A DNA stretch of 64,000 bases from Mobula hypostoma (GCF_963921235.1 NC_086097.1:14694001-14758000); one strand, 5' to 3'; counted from the first letter of the stretch, positions 12,300-24,850 are shown. Notes: generated by a model not told the origin, from the sequence alone. Numbers and translations: made by a program.

Positions 12300-13930
12300 T
12301 GAGGCCCTCCATCGGTTAGGGTCAGCCAAGGATGTTGTGTCCTAGCTGTCATATGGAAGCCAACACACAAGCCAGGGCAGTATGATATGGAGAGCAAGCT
12401 GTGTGATGATATTGGCTTTGCTGACCACTAAGTTCTAAACTCATATGAAGACTTTAAGTCCCATCCAATATAAATAGCCATGAATACTCTCACTAAAGGG
12501 AGATAGTACTGTAAATACCCAATCTTCAAAGACTTCCCTGTGTACTCTCTGCGGTGGGTTTAAGCAGCCAATACCCATCCTCTGAGTGGTGGGTCGCCTT
12601 TCCCTACCAAAGGGAAGCTACTTCCAGCTAGAAAAGTTGTTTAAAACAGTTCATTTACTTGCGATGATACGCACTTAAATCCACACATTCTTAAAACGCA
12701 TTTAAAACTCACAGAGGATATCTATGTTACACATTTTCCAATTACAAACCACTTCTAAAACACAAAGCATATAGCATTTCTTGAACACAAAAGATTAAGA
12801 ATTTCCAAATTCTTACAATTCCTATAAATTAGAAATACATATCTAAGGTGCAGACAAACAAATTAGTCTGTCAAAAAAAACCGAAGTTGGAGGAATGGAT
12901 TCTAGTTCTTCCATGTTTCTTGATGTTCCTTACCTCATTCCTAATAAGCCAGAACTGCTTTTTACATCTATATCCTCTCCAGCCACTTGAGGAACTCCAC
13001 AAGCATGTGATATTTTCTCAAATATCCTTTAACACAAACAGTCTAAAAGCATTTTTGGAGACATAGAACTTAGATAGCTACTATTAATGCTGTAAAGCTG
13101 TGAAGCTAACTTTCTTGAACACATAAACCCTTCCAACTGCAAACACATCATTGTTATTGATATATTAAATAATATTAACCATTTGTTCTGCAAGCTTCCT
13201 TGAACCAAGCAACTTAAGAGTCAGCTTGTCTGTTGGAAACAACCAGAATTAAACAACTCATTGTCTTATTCTGAATTTTAAGCAATAATAAAGCAGGTGC
13301 ACTGAGCTGAACCTTACTTCTCCCAGAAAGAACATTTACTATCTACAAAGATTGTTTGCAAAGCTCTTCTTTAGACAATACTTGTCTTAATCTTAAGGTG
13401 ATTAGTGTTTTCCATTTACATTTCAGGAACTGAAAATTCCCTTTACGTCAAACAATTATTAGAATAAAGTTTACTCACATCAGTATGTGATTTCACAAGT
13501 GACAAATGCGTGCTTAGAAAGCAAGATTAACAAACAACCATGAAAGAGAAAGAAGCCTGCTGGCCAAGAAATGAATATCCATCACAGCAAGCTTCCCCTC
13601 TCCATGCAGCTGATGAATGCATAAGTGGCAGAGAACGATAAAGTTGGGCACTAACGGCATCTTAGGAGTTGTCGGTGATATTTGAACTCAGCAGAGGATT
13701 GCCTTAAGGTCTCCAGCTCTGGATTTTTCCTTGGGGATTACTCCTGAATCCTTCCGCATGAGTGGGTATAGCCCCAAAGCAGTGGAGGTTTGAGATCAGA
13801 GTTTTCCTTCTAGATGAACTGGCAACCACAGCTCATGAGTTCCTTCTGGCCAAAGCAACTGGTTTTAAGATGCCAGTAACCTGCCTTTGCTCCTTCTCCT
13901 GTCAGTAGAAACGGTTCTGCCAGGCTACAT
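12300..13930 (-). mobile_element. RTE-like SINE split by an LTR-like insertion
   Basis: gatatggagagcaagctg on the left resumes as gcaagcttcccctctccatgcagctgatgaa after 13586. Family assigned by resemblance only. Confidence 0.45.
12402..13586. mobile_element. Probable solo LTR
   Basis: Starts TGTGATGATATT and ends AATATCCATCACA (TG...CA termini with a ~12-bp imperfect inverted repeat). AT-rich and non-coding. No clean TSD seen. Confidence 0.5.
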
Positions 13931-14009
13931 TAACACCAGAATGCGTGGTGACACTTGCGAGCCCCCAGCACATCCTTGAGTTGATTGTTGATATAACTGA
14001 TGCATTTTT

Positions 14010-14683
14010 TAAGATTAGATTATGAGGACACTCGGCCCTCGTTTATTGTCATTTAGAAATGCATGCATTAAAAATGATACAATGTTCCTCCAGAATGATA
14101 TCACAAGAAACACAGGACAAACCAAGACTAAAACTGACAAAACCACATAATTATAACATATAGTTACAACAGTGCAAAGCAATACCGTAATTTGATAAAG
14201 AGCAGACCATGGGCACGGTAAAAAAAAAAGTCTCAAAGTCCCGATAGCCTCATCATCTCATGCAGACGGTAGAAGGGAAAAACTCTCCCTGCCATGAACC
14301 TCCAAGCGCCGCAAACTTGCCGATGCAGCACCATTGGATGCACCTGACCGCAGCGGACTCTGAGTCCATCCGAAAACTTCGAGCCTCCGACCAGTCCTTC
14401 GACTCCGAGCACCGAGCACCATCCTCTGCCAAGCGCTTCGACCCTGCCCTGGCCGCTGAGCCACAAGCAAAGCCAAGGACTCGCGGTCTTCCCCTCCGGA
14501 GATTTCGGACCACACAGTAGCAGCAGCAGCGAAACAGGCATTTCAGAAGTTTCGCCAGATGTTCCTCCATGCTCTCACGTCCGTCTCCATCGAATCAGAA
14601 TTGTGCACGTCACCTTACTTGACAAATAACAGACATCACCACCGGAGTGGCCGCTGCGAGCTGCGTCGCGCCACCATCTTCTC
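14010..14683 (-). mobile_element. Young non-autonomous Rex1-related element
   Basis: CpG-rich. Minus-strand 5' end aagatggtggcgcgacgcagc. 3' tail gacaataaacgagggccgagtgtcctcataatctaatct. No coherent ORF. Confidence 0.6.
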
Positions 14684-14799
14684 CATTTCACGGTGTGTTT
14701 CAATGTACATGTGGTAAACAAATGAATCTGAATCTGAAACTCTTGTGTATTGTGCTATTAAGGTCTTCACAGATTGATTCCTGGGATAGGAGATATTTC

Positions 14800-15770
14800 C
14801 TTCCAGCACAGATTAAGATGACTGGACTTGTACTCTTTAGAATGCAGAAGAATGAAAAATAATTTAATTGAAGCATATGAAATCGTTTTAAAACTCGACA
14901 GTGTGATTGCAGAGATGTCATTTTATTTGATTGGGTAGACTAGGATCTGAAAATAAGGGGTCAGCAATTCAAGATAGAGATGAGGATAAATTTCTAGTTT
15001 TGGGATTCTCAACCAGAGAAGGCACTGGAAACTCAGCTGAAATTATTTCAAAACAGAGAGAGAGTTGGATTCTTATGTATTGAGGAAAACAAGGGGTATG
15101 AGATTATGGGTGCTGTGGTAAAGGATAAACCACGTGCTTATTGAATGGCAAAGCAGACACAAGGGGAAGAACTTGCTTCTGTTTCTACACTAGTCAGGGG
15201 ATTGAGTTGAAGAGACACAAGGCAATGTTATAGCTCTGTGAAACTCTGGTGAGACCATACATGGAGCATTGTGTCCAGTTCTGGTCACCTCATTATAGGA
15301 AAGATGTGGAAGCTTTAGAGAAGGTGCAGAGGAGATTTAGCAGGATGCTGCCTGGATTAGAGAGCAGGTCCTATGAGGAAAGTTTGAGTGAGCTAGGGCT
15401 TTTCTCTTTGGAGTGAAGGAGGATGACAGGTAACTTGATAGAGTTGTAAAAGGTAATAAGTATAGCTAGAGTGGACAGCCAATGTTTTTTCCCAGGGTGG
15501 AAATGACTAATGCGGAAGGGCATAATTTTACGATGATTGGAGGAAAGAATAAGGTGATGTCAAAGGTTAGTTTTTTTTTACACAGAGAGTGGTAAGTGTG
15601 TGGAATGCACTACGGGGGGTGGTGGTAGAGGTAAATATTTTGATAGGCACGTGAATAAAAGAAGGTCTATGGGGGAGAGAAGAGGTAGATTGATATTGAG
15701 TAGGGTAAAAGGTTGATACCGCACCATGTGCCAGAGGACCTCTGCTGTGCTGTACTGTTCTATTTTCTTA
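14800..15770 (+). mobile_element. Two CR1 3' fragments in tandem
   Basis: ctggtgagaccatacatggagcattgtgtccagttctggtcacctcattataggaaagatgtg (LVRP..E.CVQFWSPHYRKDV) plus a CR1 3' UTR. An older copy lies at ~14800-15190. Confidence 0.85.
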
Positions 15771-16071
15771 GTGGCTTTCTCTGTTCTGAACTCCATCTCC
15801 AATAATCTAGCACAGCTCAAGCTATTTTTGCCTTTGCCCTCGCCGTGATAGACTATGCATTCATTTTGTGTAAAAGTGTTGAAGTGAGAGAGGCACATTA
15901 GAACGCATAATAGGAAATGTGGATCTTCATGATGGAATAAACACCTGTAACTCTTTGTCATCTCGTGTTCCCTTCAGTACTGAGTTCAGCCCAGGTCTTC
16001 TCCAACCTTTTTAATCATTTGGTGTAATTCAAACTTAAATTCATCCAAACTAAAGATTCTAGACAAATTAT

Positions 16072-16650
16072 GGGCTACCATAGTAATATAGTAGTTAGTA
16101 CGATAGTATTACGAGGGGTGATTGATAAGTTTGTGACCTAAGGTAGAAGGAGATGAGTTATACAGCTCTCATTACATGCACATGGCAGTTCAACTCTTTG
16201 AGTGAAAATGCAGAAAGTTTGAAGTTTCTCCTCATCTCCTTCTACTTTAGGCCATAAACTTACCAATCACCCCTGCTGTGGACCACTTCTGGAGGTCTAA
16301 GACGTTGACTTCTACAAAGAATGGATCCGTATGCTCCACGACCGCTGGGCTAAGTGTGTAAATGTAGGACAAAAAAGTGTGCTAGGTTTTCTAAAATTGA
16401 CTCCTTCTACCTTAGGCCACGAACTTATCAATCACCCCTCGTATAGCTCGGGGTTGAGTTTCAAAGTTCAATTCGACACTGTCTATGTGGAGTTTATACA
16501 TTCTCCCCTTAAGACCATGTGGGTTTCCTCTGGGTTCCCCGGTTTCCTCCCATAGTCCAAAGATGTATCGGTTAGTGGGCTAATTGGTCATTGTAAATTG
16601 TCCTGTGATTAGGCTAGTGTTGTTGGGCAGTGCAGCTTGTGGGGCATTCT
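16072..16650 (+). mobile_element. tRNA-derived V-SINE (HE1-like), interrupted by a mariner element
   Basis: Decayed tRNA head, V-SINE core gggtttcctctgggttccccggtttcctccca, and taattggtcattgtaaattgtcc. Confidence 0.8.
16112..16441 (+). mobile_element. Internally deleted mariner element (MITE)
   Basis: ~41-bp terminal inverted repeats (TIRs) cgaggggtgattgataagtt...aaggtagaaggag, TA on both sides, and the transposase C-terminal remnant DFYKEWIRMLHDRWAKCVNVG. Confidence 0.9.
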
Positions 16651-18859
16651 AAAGAATATGGACCTGGTCTTATGGGGTCGGAATATCTCACTTTTCTTTC
16701 CCCCCTTTTCCTCCCTCCCACTCACTGACAGAACACACACTGCAATGTGCCAGCTACAATTGCCAAGGGTTTCTCAAGATTACGATGCTCATCCTGGGAA
16801 GCAGGGGGTTAATTCTTTCTTCCTCTCTCTCAATTTAGATTTGTTTTTACACTATCCTTTTGGGAAGCGGCAGACATATAAAAAAAAACAGTTTTTGTAC
16901 CCTGTTGTCAAATACAACAATCATGAGGGCTTCCCTAAGGCATTCTACTTGGTGGCTGCATTGAAGAGTGATGGAACTCATCACTGCAAAATATGACTGG
17001 TGAATTTAGTTGTCAGACGGTACTCCAGCAGCCTCTCCCCAACTGCTAGCAAGCTGAGACACCAACTAAAATAGGACATCGTCTGTTACACAGGTAATAT
17101 ACATTAAACACAAACTCAGTTGCATAACTGAAAGATGATGCAGCAATTGCCCGAGACCTAAGCATGTGAGCGCAGAAGACATCCATAATGTTCTCAAGCA
17201 ACTTGAGGGACATTGCGCGTTAACGTTAAGAACATTGAAACAAAAGCAAGCTGCAACCTATTAAAATGGGTCAGCTCAACTCACGGCTGCCCTGTCGCAG
17301 ACTTCCAGCTCCAAGACCACACTCAACGATTAAAACTACGACTGAGACCTATACAATGATGTAAAAGAAATTGGACTTTCATTCCTGGGAGGCAAAATCT
17401 GCATTTGTTTCTGCATCATTTCTACCAACAGAAAATAATCATCTGTTCACTTGCTCGAGCTGGTATTGTCTGCGTTACATCACCATACTCCACAGCATAA
17501 AAAACGGCTTAGTTTTCTTTTTATCTTGACGTATGTGTAATCATCAATAAAATATAATTCACACACGCCAAAGCAAAATCTTCAAGTATTTGCGAGGAGA
17601 TTTACTGCAATAAATAAAAACTAGTTGAAGCGCTTTTTTTTTCCTTTCAGTGGTCGCTAGGCTTGTGCCTGAGCAGCTGAAAACTCTTCACGCTGTCGCC
17701 TTGCTGGTGGATTTCTCTAGTACTCTGCAAGCTGTACACTAAAACTCATAAAACAGGAGACACTGTGGTTGTCTGTCATTCATCACACTTCTTCTCATTC
17801 TCTTATTAATACGCTGAGCAGTGATGTATGGAGATGAATAAAATTATCTGCCATGTAGTCTGAGGCAGAAGCCACCCCTCCCCCCTCCTCCTTTCCCTCT
17901 CCCTTCTTTTTCTCTGTAAGTCTTAAGAATATGTTTGTTCACCTAGAAAATAGAATCACATGTAGGAATGGGATCTAAAATTAGGTAGGAGGCCTTTTTA
18001 AAAATATTTAATTATTCTGTTTTGAAAAAAAATCGTGCAACAGAATTGGAGGCAAGAACGACAAAGCGTGCCGGGCAATCATTGATCAGGGATAGACAAA
18101 GCTGACACAAAGGGTGCCTATGGTCCTGATATGTTTATTGGCCAATGTATGTAAGAGTCCAGGACCAACAAAGAAATGTGTGCAGTCTTAGTAACCCACC
18201 TCAACCATCTGTTATTTTATATAATACAGATAGCATAATTTGTTTTAGTTTGTCTTCCCAATAGGAGGTTGGTGTCATGTTGCTGGGAGTAGTCTGTACA
18301 CAGGTGAGCAGATGGTTTGTAATTAAAGACAACAGACATATGACATCGGAGATGTGCAATTACAGGATCATTTTAATGCACATTCCGCTTCCTCACTTTT
18401 TTAAAAAAAATCCACCTAGATGAATGAACAAGTCGTCGAAAGTGATTGAGAACATTGCTGAAACTTTAATGAATAAAACTAAGGGTTAATTTTCACACAA
18501 TGAGACTTCTGATAAATCTCATGAGATTAAAAGGAAAACATCAAGCATGAATATACACGAGGATTCAGCGTACCGTGAGTCACCTCTGTGCCTGTCCCTC
18601 TCCAGCTTGCTTTTGGATGCTCCACACTGTCTGTGTTCCTGTTCTGACCTCCCGTGTAGTTGCGAAGCAGCAGGGGAACTCTATCCACAGACCCTTACAC
18701 TATAGATTTGCAAAAATGCCTTTGGAATGTGCACAGTATGGCGAATCGAGCTAATTAACATTACCTCCAAAGGAGATACACCAGACTAATCCCTGGGTTG
18801 AGAGGGTTGTCTTATCACAAGAAGCTAAAGGAATTAGATCTACAGTATATTACATCAAA

Positions 18860-19280
18860 CTCCACAGCACAGTACAGGTCCTTTGACGAACGATGTGTGC
18901 TGACTTTTAACCTACTCTAAAACCAACCTAACCTTTACCTCCTACATAGCCTTCCTTTTTTTTTCTTTCATCCATGTGCTATCTAAGTGTAATCCAAATG
19001 CCCCAATGTATCTGCCTCCACACCCACCCCCAGTTGGGCACTCCACGTACTTCCCACTCTCTCCACTAAGAACTTACGTCCGTTATCCCCCCTCCCCCCT
19101 TATACTTTCTTCCAATTACCTTAAAACTATGCCCCTAGTATTAGCCATTTCTGCCTTGGGGAAAAATATCTCTTATTGTCCACTCGATTTATCCCACTTA
19201 TCATCCGGAATTCCTCCACTGTCACCTCTCATCCTCCCTCGCTCCAAAGAGAAAAGCCCTAACTTGCTCAACCTCTCTAC
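18860..19280 (-). mobile_element. CR1 3' fragment
   Basis: gtcacctctcatcctccctcgctccaaagagaaaagccct (reverse of GLFSLERGRMRGD) plus 3' UTR. Confidence 0.8.
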
Positions 19281-19405
19281 TCCAGCCAGCATCTGTTCAA
19301 TCCAGCTGAATACTCTAAAGCCAGTAACAATGCATCGCTTACCAATTACGTAGAGGCAGAGTTAGACCAGCAGTAACAAGAGCTTATTACATATTCATGT
19401 GGAGA

Positions 19406-19595
19406 TACAGCGCAGGACAAACCATTCCGGCCCTTCGATCTGCACTGTCCAGCAACCCACTGATTTAACCCTAGCCTAATCACAGGGCAATTTACAACTA
19501 ACCTACTAACCAGTATGTATTTGGAATGCAGGAGGAAATTGGACCACTCAGAAGAAACCCACGCATTCGCAGGGAGGAACGTACAAACCCTTGAC
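19406..19595 (-). mobile_element. V-SINE (HE1-like) fragment
   Basis: Reverse complement of the V-SINE core and 3' part seen at 16500-16650 and 57180-57310. Confidence 0.75.
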
Positions 19596-19605
19596 AAAAA
19601 TGACA

Positions 19606-19916
19606 TAATTCTGATGTTTCGTCGTAGCATCATTACAGATTTTAATGAAGTAATTCTGATGTTTCGTCGTAGCATCATTACAGATTTTAATGATGTAATT
19701 CTGATGTTTCGTCGTAGCATCATTACAGATTTTAATGATGTAATTCTGATGTTTCATCGTAGCATCATTACAGATTTTAATGATGTATTTCTGATGTTTC
19801 ATCATAGCATCATTACAGATTTTAATGATGTATTTCTGATGTTTCATCATAGCATCATTACAGATTTTAATGATGTATTTCTGATGTTTCATCATAGCAT
19901 CATTACAGATTTTAAT
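19606..19916. repeat. 45-bp minisatellite, ~6.9 copies
   Basis: Unit taWttctgatgtttcRtcRtagcatcattacagattttaatgaWg starts at 19606, 19651, 19696, 19741, 19786, 19831 and 19876. Confidence 0.97.
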
Positions 19917-20319
19917 TTTGGAAAGTAAGCAGGTCAGGCAGCACAAAGCTGAGAAACCTTTCTTTAGAGATGAGAAGACTGAGAGGCGACCTTATTGAAA
20001 CCTAAACAAGGGTAGATGTCAAGATGTTCCACTGGTGGGAGTTTCTCAAATAAGGGAACATCGTTTCAAGATTAGTGTGCAGTCATTTTAAAATGAAATC
20101 TTGCAAAGTTGGTGAATCACTGGAATCCCCTCTTGTGGAAGCTGTTTTGTTGAGTTAGTTAAAGAGGAAATAGATACATCTTTGAAAAATTGGGGAATTG
20201 ATATTATAAAATACATTGCCACTATAATTTTCATGCAAATAAATATGAAGTTTCAAATGAGGTCTTTGTTTATATTTTTCAGTTGAGTTCGGATTGAAAG
20301 CTTCAAGTCTTAACAGATA

Positions 20320-21107
20320 CACAGTAGCCACTTTATTAGGTAGAGAAGTAGAACCTGGTGTGACCTTCTGCTGCTGTCGCGCATCCGCTTCAAGACCTGA
20401 CATGTTGTGCGTTCAGAGATTCTCTTCTGCACACCATTGCTGTAATGTTTTGTTATTTGAGTTATTGCCACCTTCCTGTCAGCTTGATCCAGTCTGTCCA
20501 TTCTCTTCTGACCTCTCTCATTAACAAAGCATTTTATCCATAGAACTGCCACACACTGATGATATTTGCTTATTGCACTATTCTCTCTAAACTTATCAAC
20601 AACTGGGAAACCAATGCCAAGGACAGGAAACTCTGGCAAGCCATCATCCGAGAAGGAACAGCAACTTTCGAAGCCAACAGATGTGCAGAATGAGAAGAAA
20701 AGAGAAGAAACTGGAAATAGAGGCAGCAACAGCCAAAGCCTGAACTGCCATCTGGAACTACCTGTCCTGAATGCGGACAAACTTTCAAAGCCAAGATTGG
20801 ACTCATAAGCCACTTGAGAGCCCATAAGTAGATCAACAGAATGAAGACCATCATCCTCGACCTCGAGGGATAGCCACGATGATGACAAAGATAAACTTTA
20901 GAGACTGTTGTGAATGAAAATCCCATGAGATCAGCAGTTTCTGAGATACTCAAACCACCCCATCTGGCACCAACATTCAGCAAAGTCACTTAGATCACAT
21001 TTCTTCTCCATTCTGACATACGGTCTGAACAACTGACCGTGTCTGCATGCTTTTATATGTTGAGGTGCTGCCACATGCTTGGGCCCTTATAAGGTGGCCA
21101 CTAATTG
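20320..21107 (-). mobile_element. Tc1-like transposon remnant (internally deleted)
   Basis: Imperfect TIRs cagtagccactttattagg and ccttataaggtggccact, flanked by TA. Paired-like HTH peptides VGARWGGLSISETADLMGFS..TVSKVY and ERGQKRM.RL.QADRK...ISERTT. Confidence 0.88.
20595..20891 (+). mobile_element. RTE LINE 3' fragment nested in the Tc1 remnant
   Basis: Translates as WETNAKDRKLWQAIIREG...CPECGQTFKAKIGLISHLRAH* (C-terminal C2H2 finger, with internal stops). TSD taaactt at 20588-20594 and 20892-20898. Confidence 0.88.
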
Positions 21108-22310
21108 TATATTGCCAATATAATTTTTATGTAAAATAAATCTGAACTTTCAAATGAGATCTTCATTTGCATTTTTCAATTCAGTTAGGGCTGAAAACTT
21201 CAAGCCTTAATAAACGTTGTTTGGATGTGTGGGAAGAAAGAGAATAGATAGATATCAATATATCGCAAAGATCAAATTCTACCAGTGTTCATATCTCCAT
21301 GATTTTAGGAGTAGAAGTCTCTTAATGAAGTTCAAGGTTAAAAATCAATTTGTAATCAAAGCAGGTACATGTCACCATATACTTCGCCGAGATTCATTTT
21401 CTTGCGGGCATTTACAGTAGAACAAAGAAATGCAATAGAATCAATAAAAAACTACTCACAGAGGCTGACAAGCAAACAATGTGCAAAAGACACCAAACAC
21501 GAAAAACAAAATAATACTAATAAGAAATAAATAATACTGGGAACAAGAGTTGTGGTGTCCTTGGAAATGAGTCCATCAGCTGTGTTCACAGGTTGAATTA
21601 TGTACAGTTCAAATTTATGTACCAATAAGTAACAGAATAATCTGAAATGCAGCAAGTCTAAGCTAGTTAGTCATTACCTCTTCATTGCTATTAAAAATGT
21701 TGTGGAATAGAACTATATCCCTCTCTGTCTGCTTTTCTCTAATTATTCCTCCTTCCTCAAATAGGTGATGTTCTGTTTTATAACCCTCAGCTCATTCTCT
21801 GACAACCTCGGCTCCTAAATCAATCCAAGTACATAAAGGCTGCGGGCTGGTTGATTTGCAGCTTCCTACAACTGACCTAACATATTGAGATGATTGTTGG
21901 AGAAAGGAAAATTTCCTCAGCGTTTACAGTCAAACATGTTTTCACTCCATTCACCCGATCACAGAAGAATTTCAATCTTAAGGTATCAAGTCTACTAATG
22001 CTACCAGCTACATAGCTGAGCAATCTTGCAGAGACCAGGGCACTTTACATGCAGACAATAGATGACCTACTGCACATTATCCACAGTCATCATTGCCGGT
22101 AGCCCATACTGAATAGATTTATGGGTGATGAAAAGCCAGCTTAACCAAAGTCTTCATTGTAAATGAATTATATGGGCATTTTTAAAAACCTCTTTTACAA
22201 GTCATTTATAAGCCTTTGTGTTATCTCGGGTTTTTTTTTGTTCTGGGAATTGTGAAGAAAAAGACTGCAACGATTGTCTATGTTAAGTTTCAGATATGTC
22301 CATGAGAGAT

Positions 22311-23225
22311 ATAGAAACATAGAAACATAGAAAATAGGTGCAGGAGTAGGCCATTCGGCCCTTCGAGCCTGCACTGCCATTCAGTATGATCATGGCTGAT
22401 CATCCAACTCAGAACCCTGCACCAGCCTTCCCTCCATACCCTCTGATCCCTTTAGCCACAAGGGCCATATCTAACTCCCTCTTAGATATAGCTAATGAAC
22501 TGGCCTCAACTGTTTCCTGTAGCAGAGAATTCCACAGATTCACCACTCTCTGTGTGAAGAAGTTTTTCCTAATCTCGGTCCTAGAAGGCTTCCCCTTTAT
22601 CCTCAAACTGTGACCCCTCGTTCTGGACTTCCCCAACATCGGGAGCAATCTTCCTGCATCTAGCCTGTCCAATCCCTTTAGGATTTTATACGTTTCAATC
22701 AGATCCCCCCCTCAATCTTCTAAATTCCAACGAGTATAAGCCTAGCTCATCCAGTCTTTCATCATATAGTTCAGACCGGTCCAGAATTAAAAACTCAGAA
22801 AGTTATAGGGCATTACAACACAGAAACAGGCCCTTTGGCCCATTCAGTCCATGCTAGCTTGGTCCACCTAGTCTCATCTACCTGCACCTGGACCATAGCC
22901 CTCTAAACCTCTCTCATCCATGTACCTACCCAAACTTCTCTGAAACATTACATTGAACTCACACCTACCACTTCCACTGGCAGCTCATTCCACACTCAAA
23001 CCACCCTCTAAGTGAAGAAGTTCCCCTTCAGATCCCCCTTAAGTATTTCACCTTTCATCCAAAACTTATGACCTCTAGTTCTAGTCTCAACCAACCTGAA
23101 GGGGAAAGCCTGCATGCATTCACCCTGTCTATGCCCCTCATCATTTTGTATACCTCCATCAAATCTCCACTCATTCTCTTGCACTCCAGGGAACAAAGTC
23201 CCAATCTATTCAACTTTTTCCTATG
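22311..23225 (-). mobile_element. Two CR1 3' fragments (22311-22768 young with an 8-bp repeat tail; ~22800-23225)
   Basis: SRTRGHSLRIKG...FFTQRVVNLWNSL, an (atagaaac)n tail, and TRTRGHK in the second copy. Confidence 0.9.
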
Positions 23226-24024
23226 ACTTCTGCAGAGAAAGAACTTGATTGCAAAAATTTACAGCCATTCCATAAAATCAAAGACGGTTAGAATTACCAA
23301 CAATAAAATGTTTATCAAAGTTGATATGCACAAGCAAGATTACCCTTGACTACACACAGACAGACTTCCAGCCTCAGGACAGGCCATGCCCAGCCTCCAG
23401 TCCTTAGCCCCAGACTCCCAAACTGCACAGGACATGCACAAGTGGCTAACCCTTGACTGGAAGTGTTAACGGTATTCCTCTTTCTCCAGATGCTACCTGA
23501 CTTGCTGAGTGTTCCCAACGTTTTTATCTCAGATTTCCCACGCCTGCAGGTTTTTATCTTTACGAATTCCTACAAAGGATTCTTCTTTTTTTTTGTGCAA
23601 TTGGCGGCTCGCACTTACTGTAATGGAGCATGGCGTGAGTCATGAGTGGGATCAGACCCTGCCTTCCACCTGCAAGGGTTTCTGAGGAGCTAAACAATTT
23701 GGAGATTGGATCCACTGATTAGGAGGCTGAGCTTGGCTGATTACAATAACAATTAATAATTGATGAATGATAAATGTCACAAGATACAGCCCATTCAAAT
23801 CAAAGTTGATCAGGTCCTCATAACAGCCTTGTGAGTGCTCTTTTCACTCCTTCAAGATTATTGCTACCTTTCCCACAGGTAGGTGACCGCTGTCAATGAG
23901 CTCGAAATACACTCAAAATACCTTCCATTGTTCCTTTTCAGAAACCAGTTTCCTGTTTATTCCATGAGATGCAGCACTGCAACCGACCCTGATAATGTTT
24001 AGACTGTTCCATGTTGTGGGTTCA

Positions 24025-24850
24025 CAAGCCCATAAGATATACAAGCAAAATTAGGCCATTTGGTCCTTTCAAGTCTGCCTTACCATTCCGTCATGCCTGA
24101 TTTATTATCCCTCTCAACCCCGTTCTTCTGCTGTCTCCCGGTAAGCTTTGACACCCTTGCAAAGTGAGAATCTATCAACCCCTGCTGGCGATTAATGTCA
24201 CCCCCAGCTAAAGAAATTCCTCCCCGTCTGTGTTTAAAGGGACATCCTTTCATTCTGAGGCTGTGCCCTCTGATCCTAAACTCCTCCACTACCGGAAACA
24301 TCTCCACATCTGCTTTATTTAGGCCTTCCAATATTCACACGTGATTCTTCAGATACTGGAAATCCAGAGCAGTGCACACAAAATTCTGGAGAGACTCAGC
24401 AAGTCCTCCAATGTCTCTGGCCTCATGGAAAGGAATAAACAGTCGGCATTTTGGGCCAAGAGCCTTCATCGGGACTGGAAAGGAAGGAGGAAGAAGCCAG
24501 AATAAGAAGGTGGGGGATGAGAAAGTGAGAGGTGAAGCCAGGTGGGTGGGAGAGGGAGAGTGAAGTAAGAAGTTAGGAGATGATAGGTGGAAAAGGTAAA
24601 GGCCTGAGGAAGAAGGAATCTGATAGGAGAGGACAGTTTCAATGAGAATCCCCCTTCATTTTTCTAAACTCCTGTGAGTATAGACCAAGGGACCACCAAA
24701 GCACCTCAAATGTTAACCCTTTCATTCCCAGGATCATCCTCATGAACCTCCTCTGGATCCTCTCCAATATCAGCACATCCTCCGTTTGACAAGGGGCCCA
24801 AAACTGCTCACGATACTCCATGTGCGGTCTGACCAATGCCTTATAAAGCC
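24025..24850 (-). mobile_element. CR1 3' fragment interrupted by a PLE terminal fragment (~24345-24638)
   Basis: RIRGHSLRMKG and LYKALVRPHMEY lie on either side of a purine-rich PLE 3' region homologous to 53586-53900. Confidence 0.8.

Noticed and set aside
19515..19946. Repetitive ORFs and a possible CRISPR-like array
   Set aside because: These are head-to-tail 45-bp units with no unique spacers in a eukaryotic context. The ORFs exist only because the unit length is a multiple of 3.
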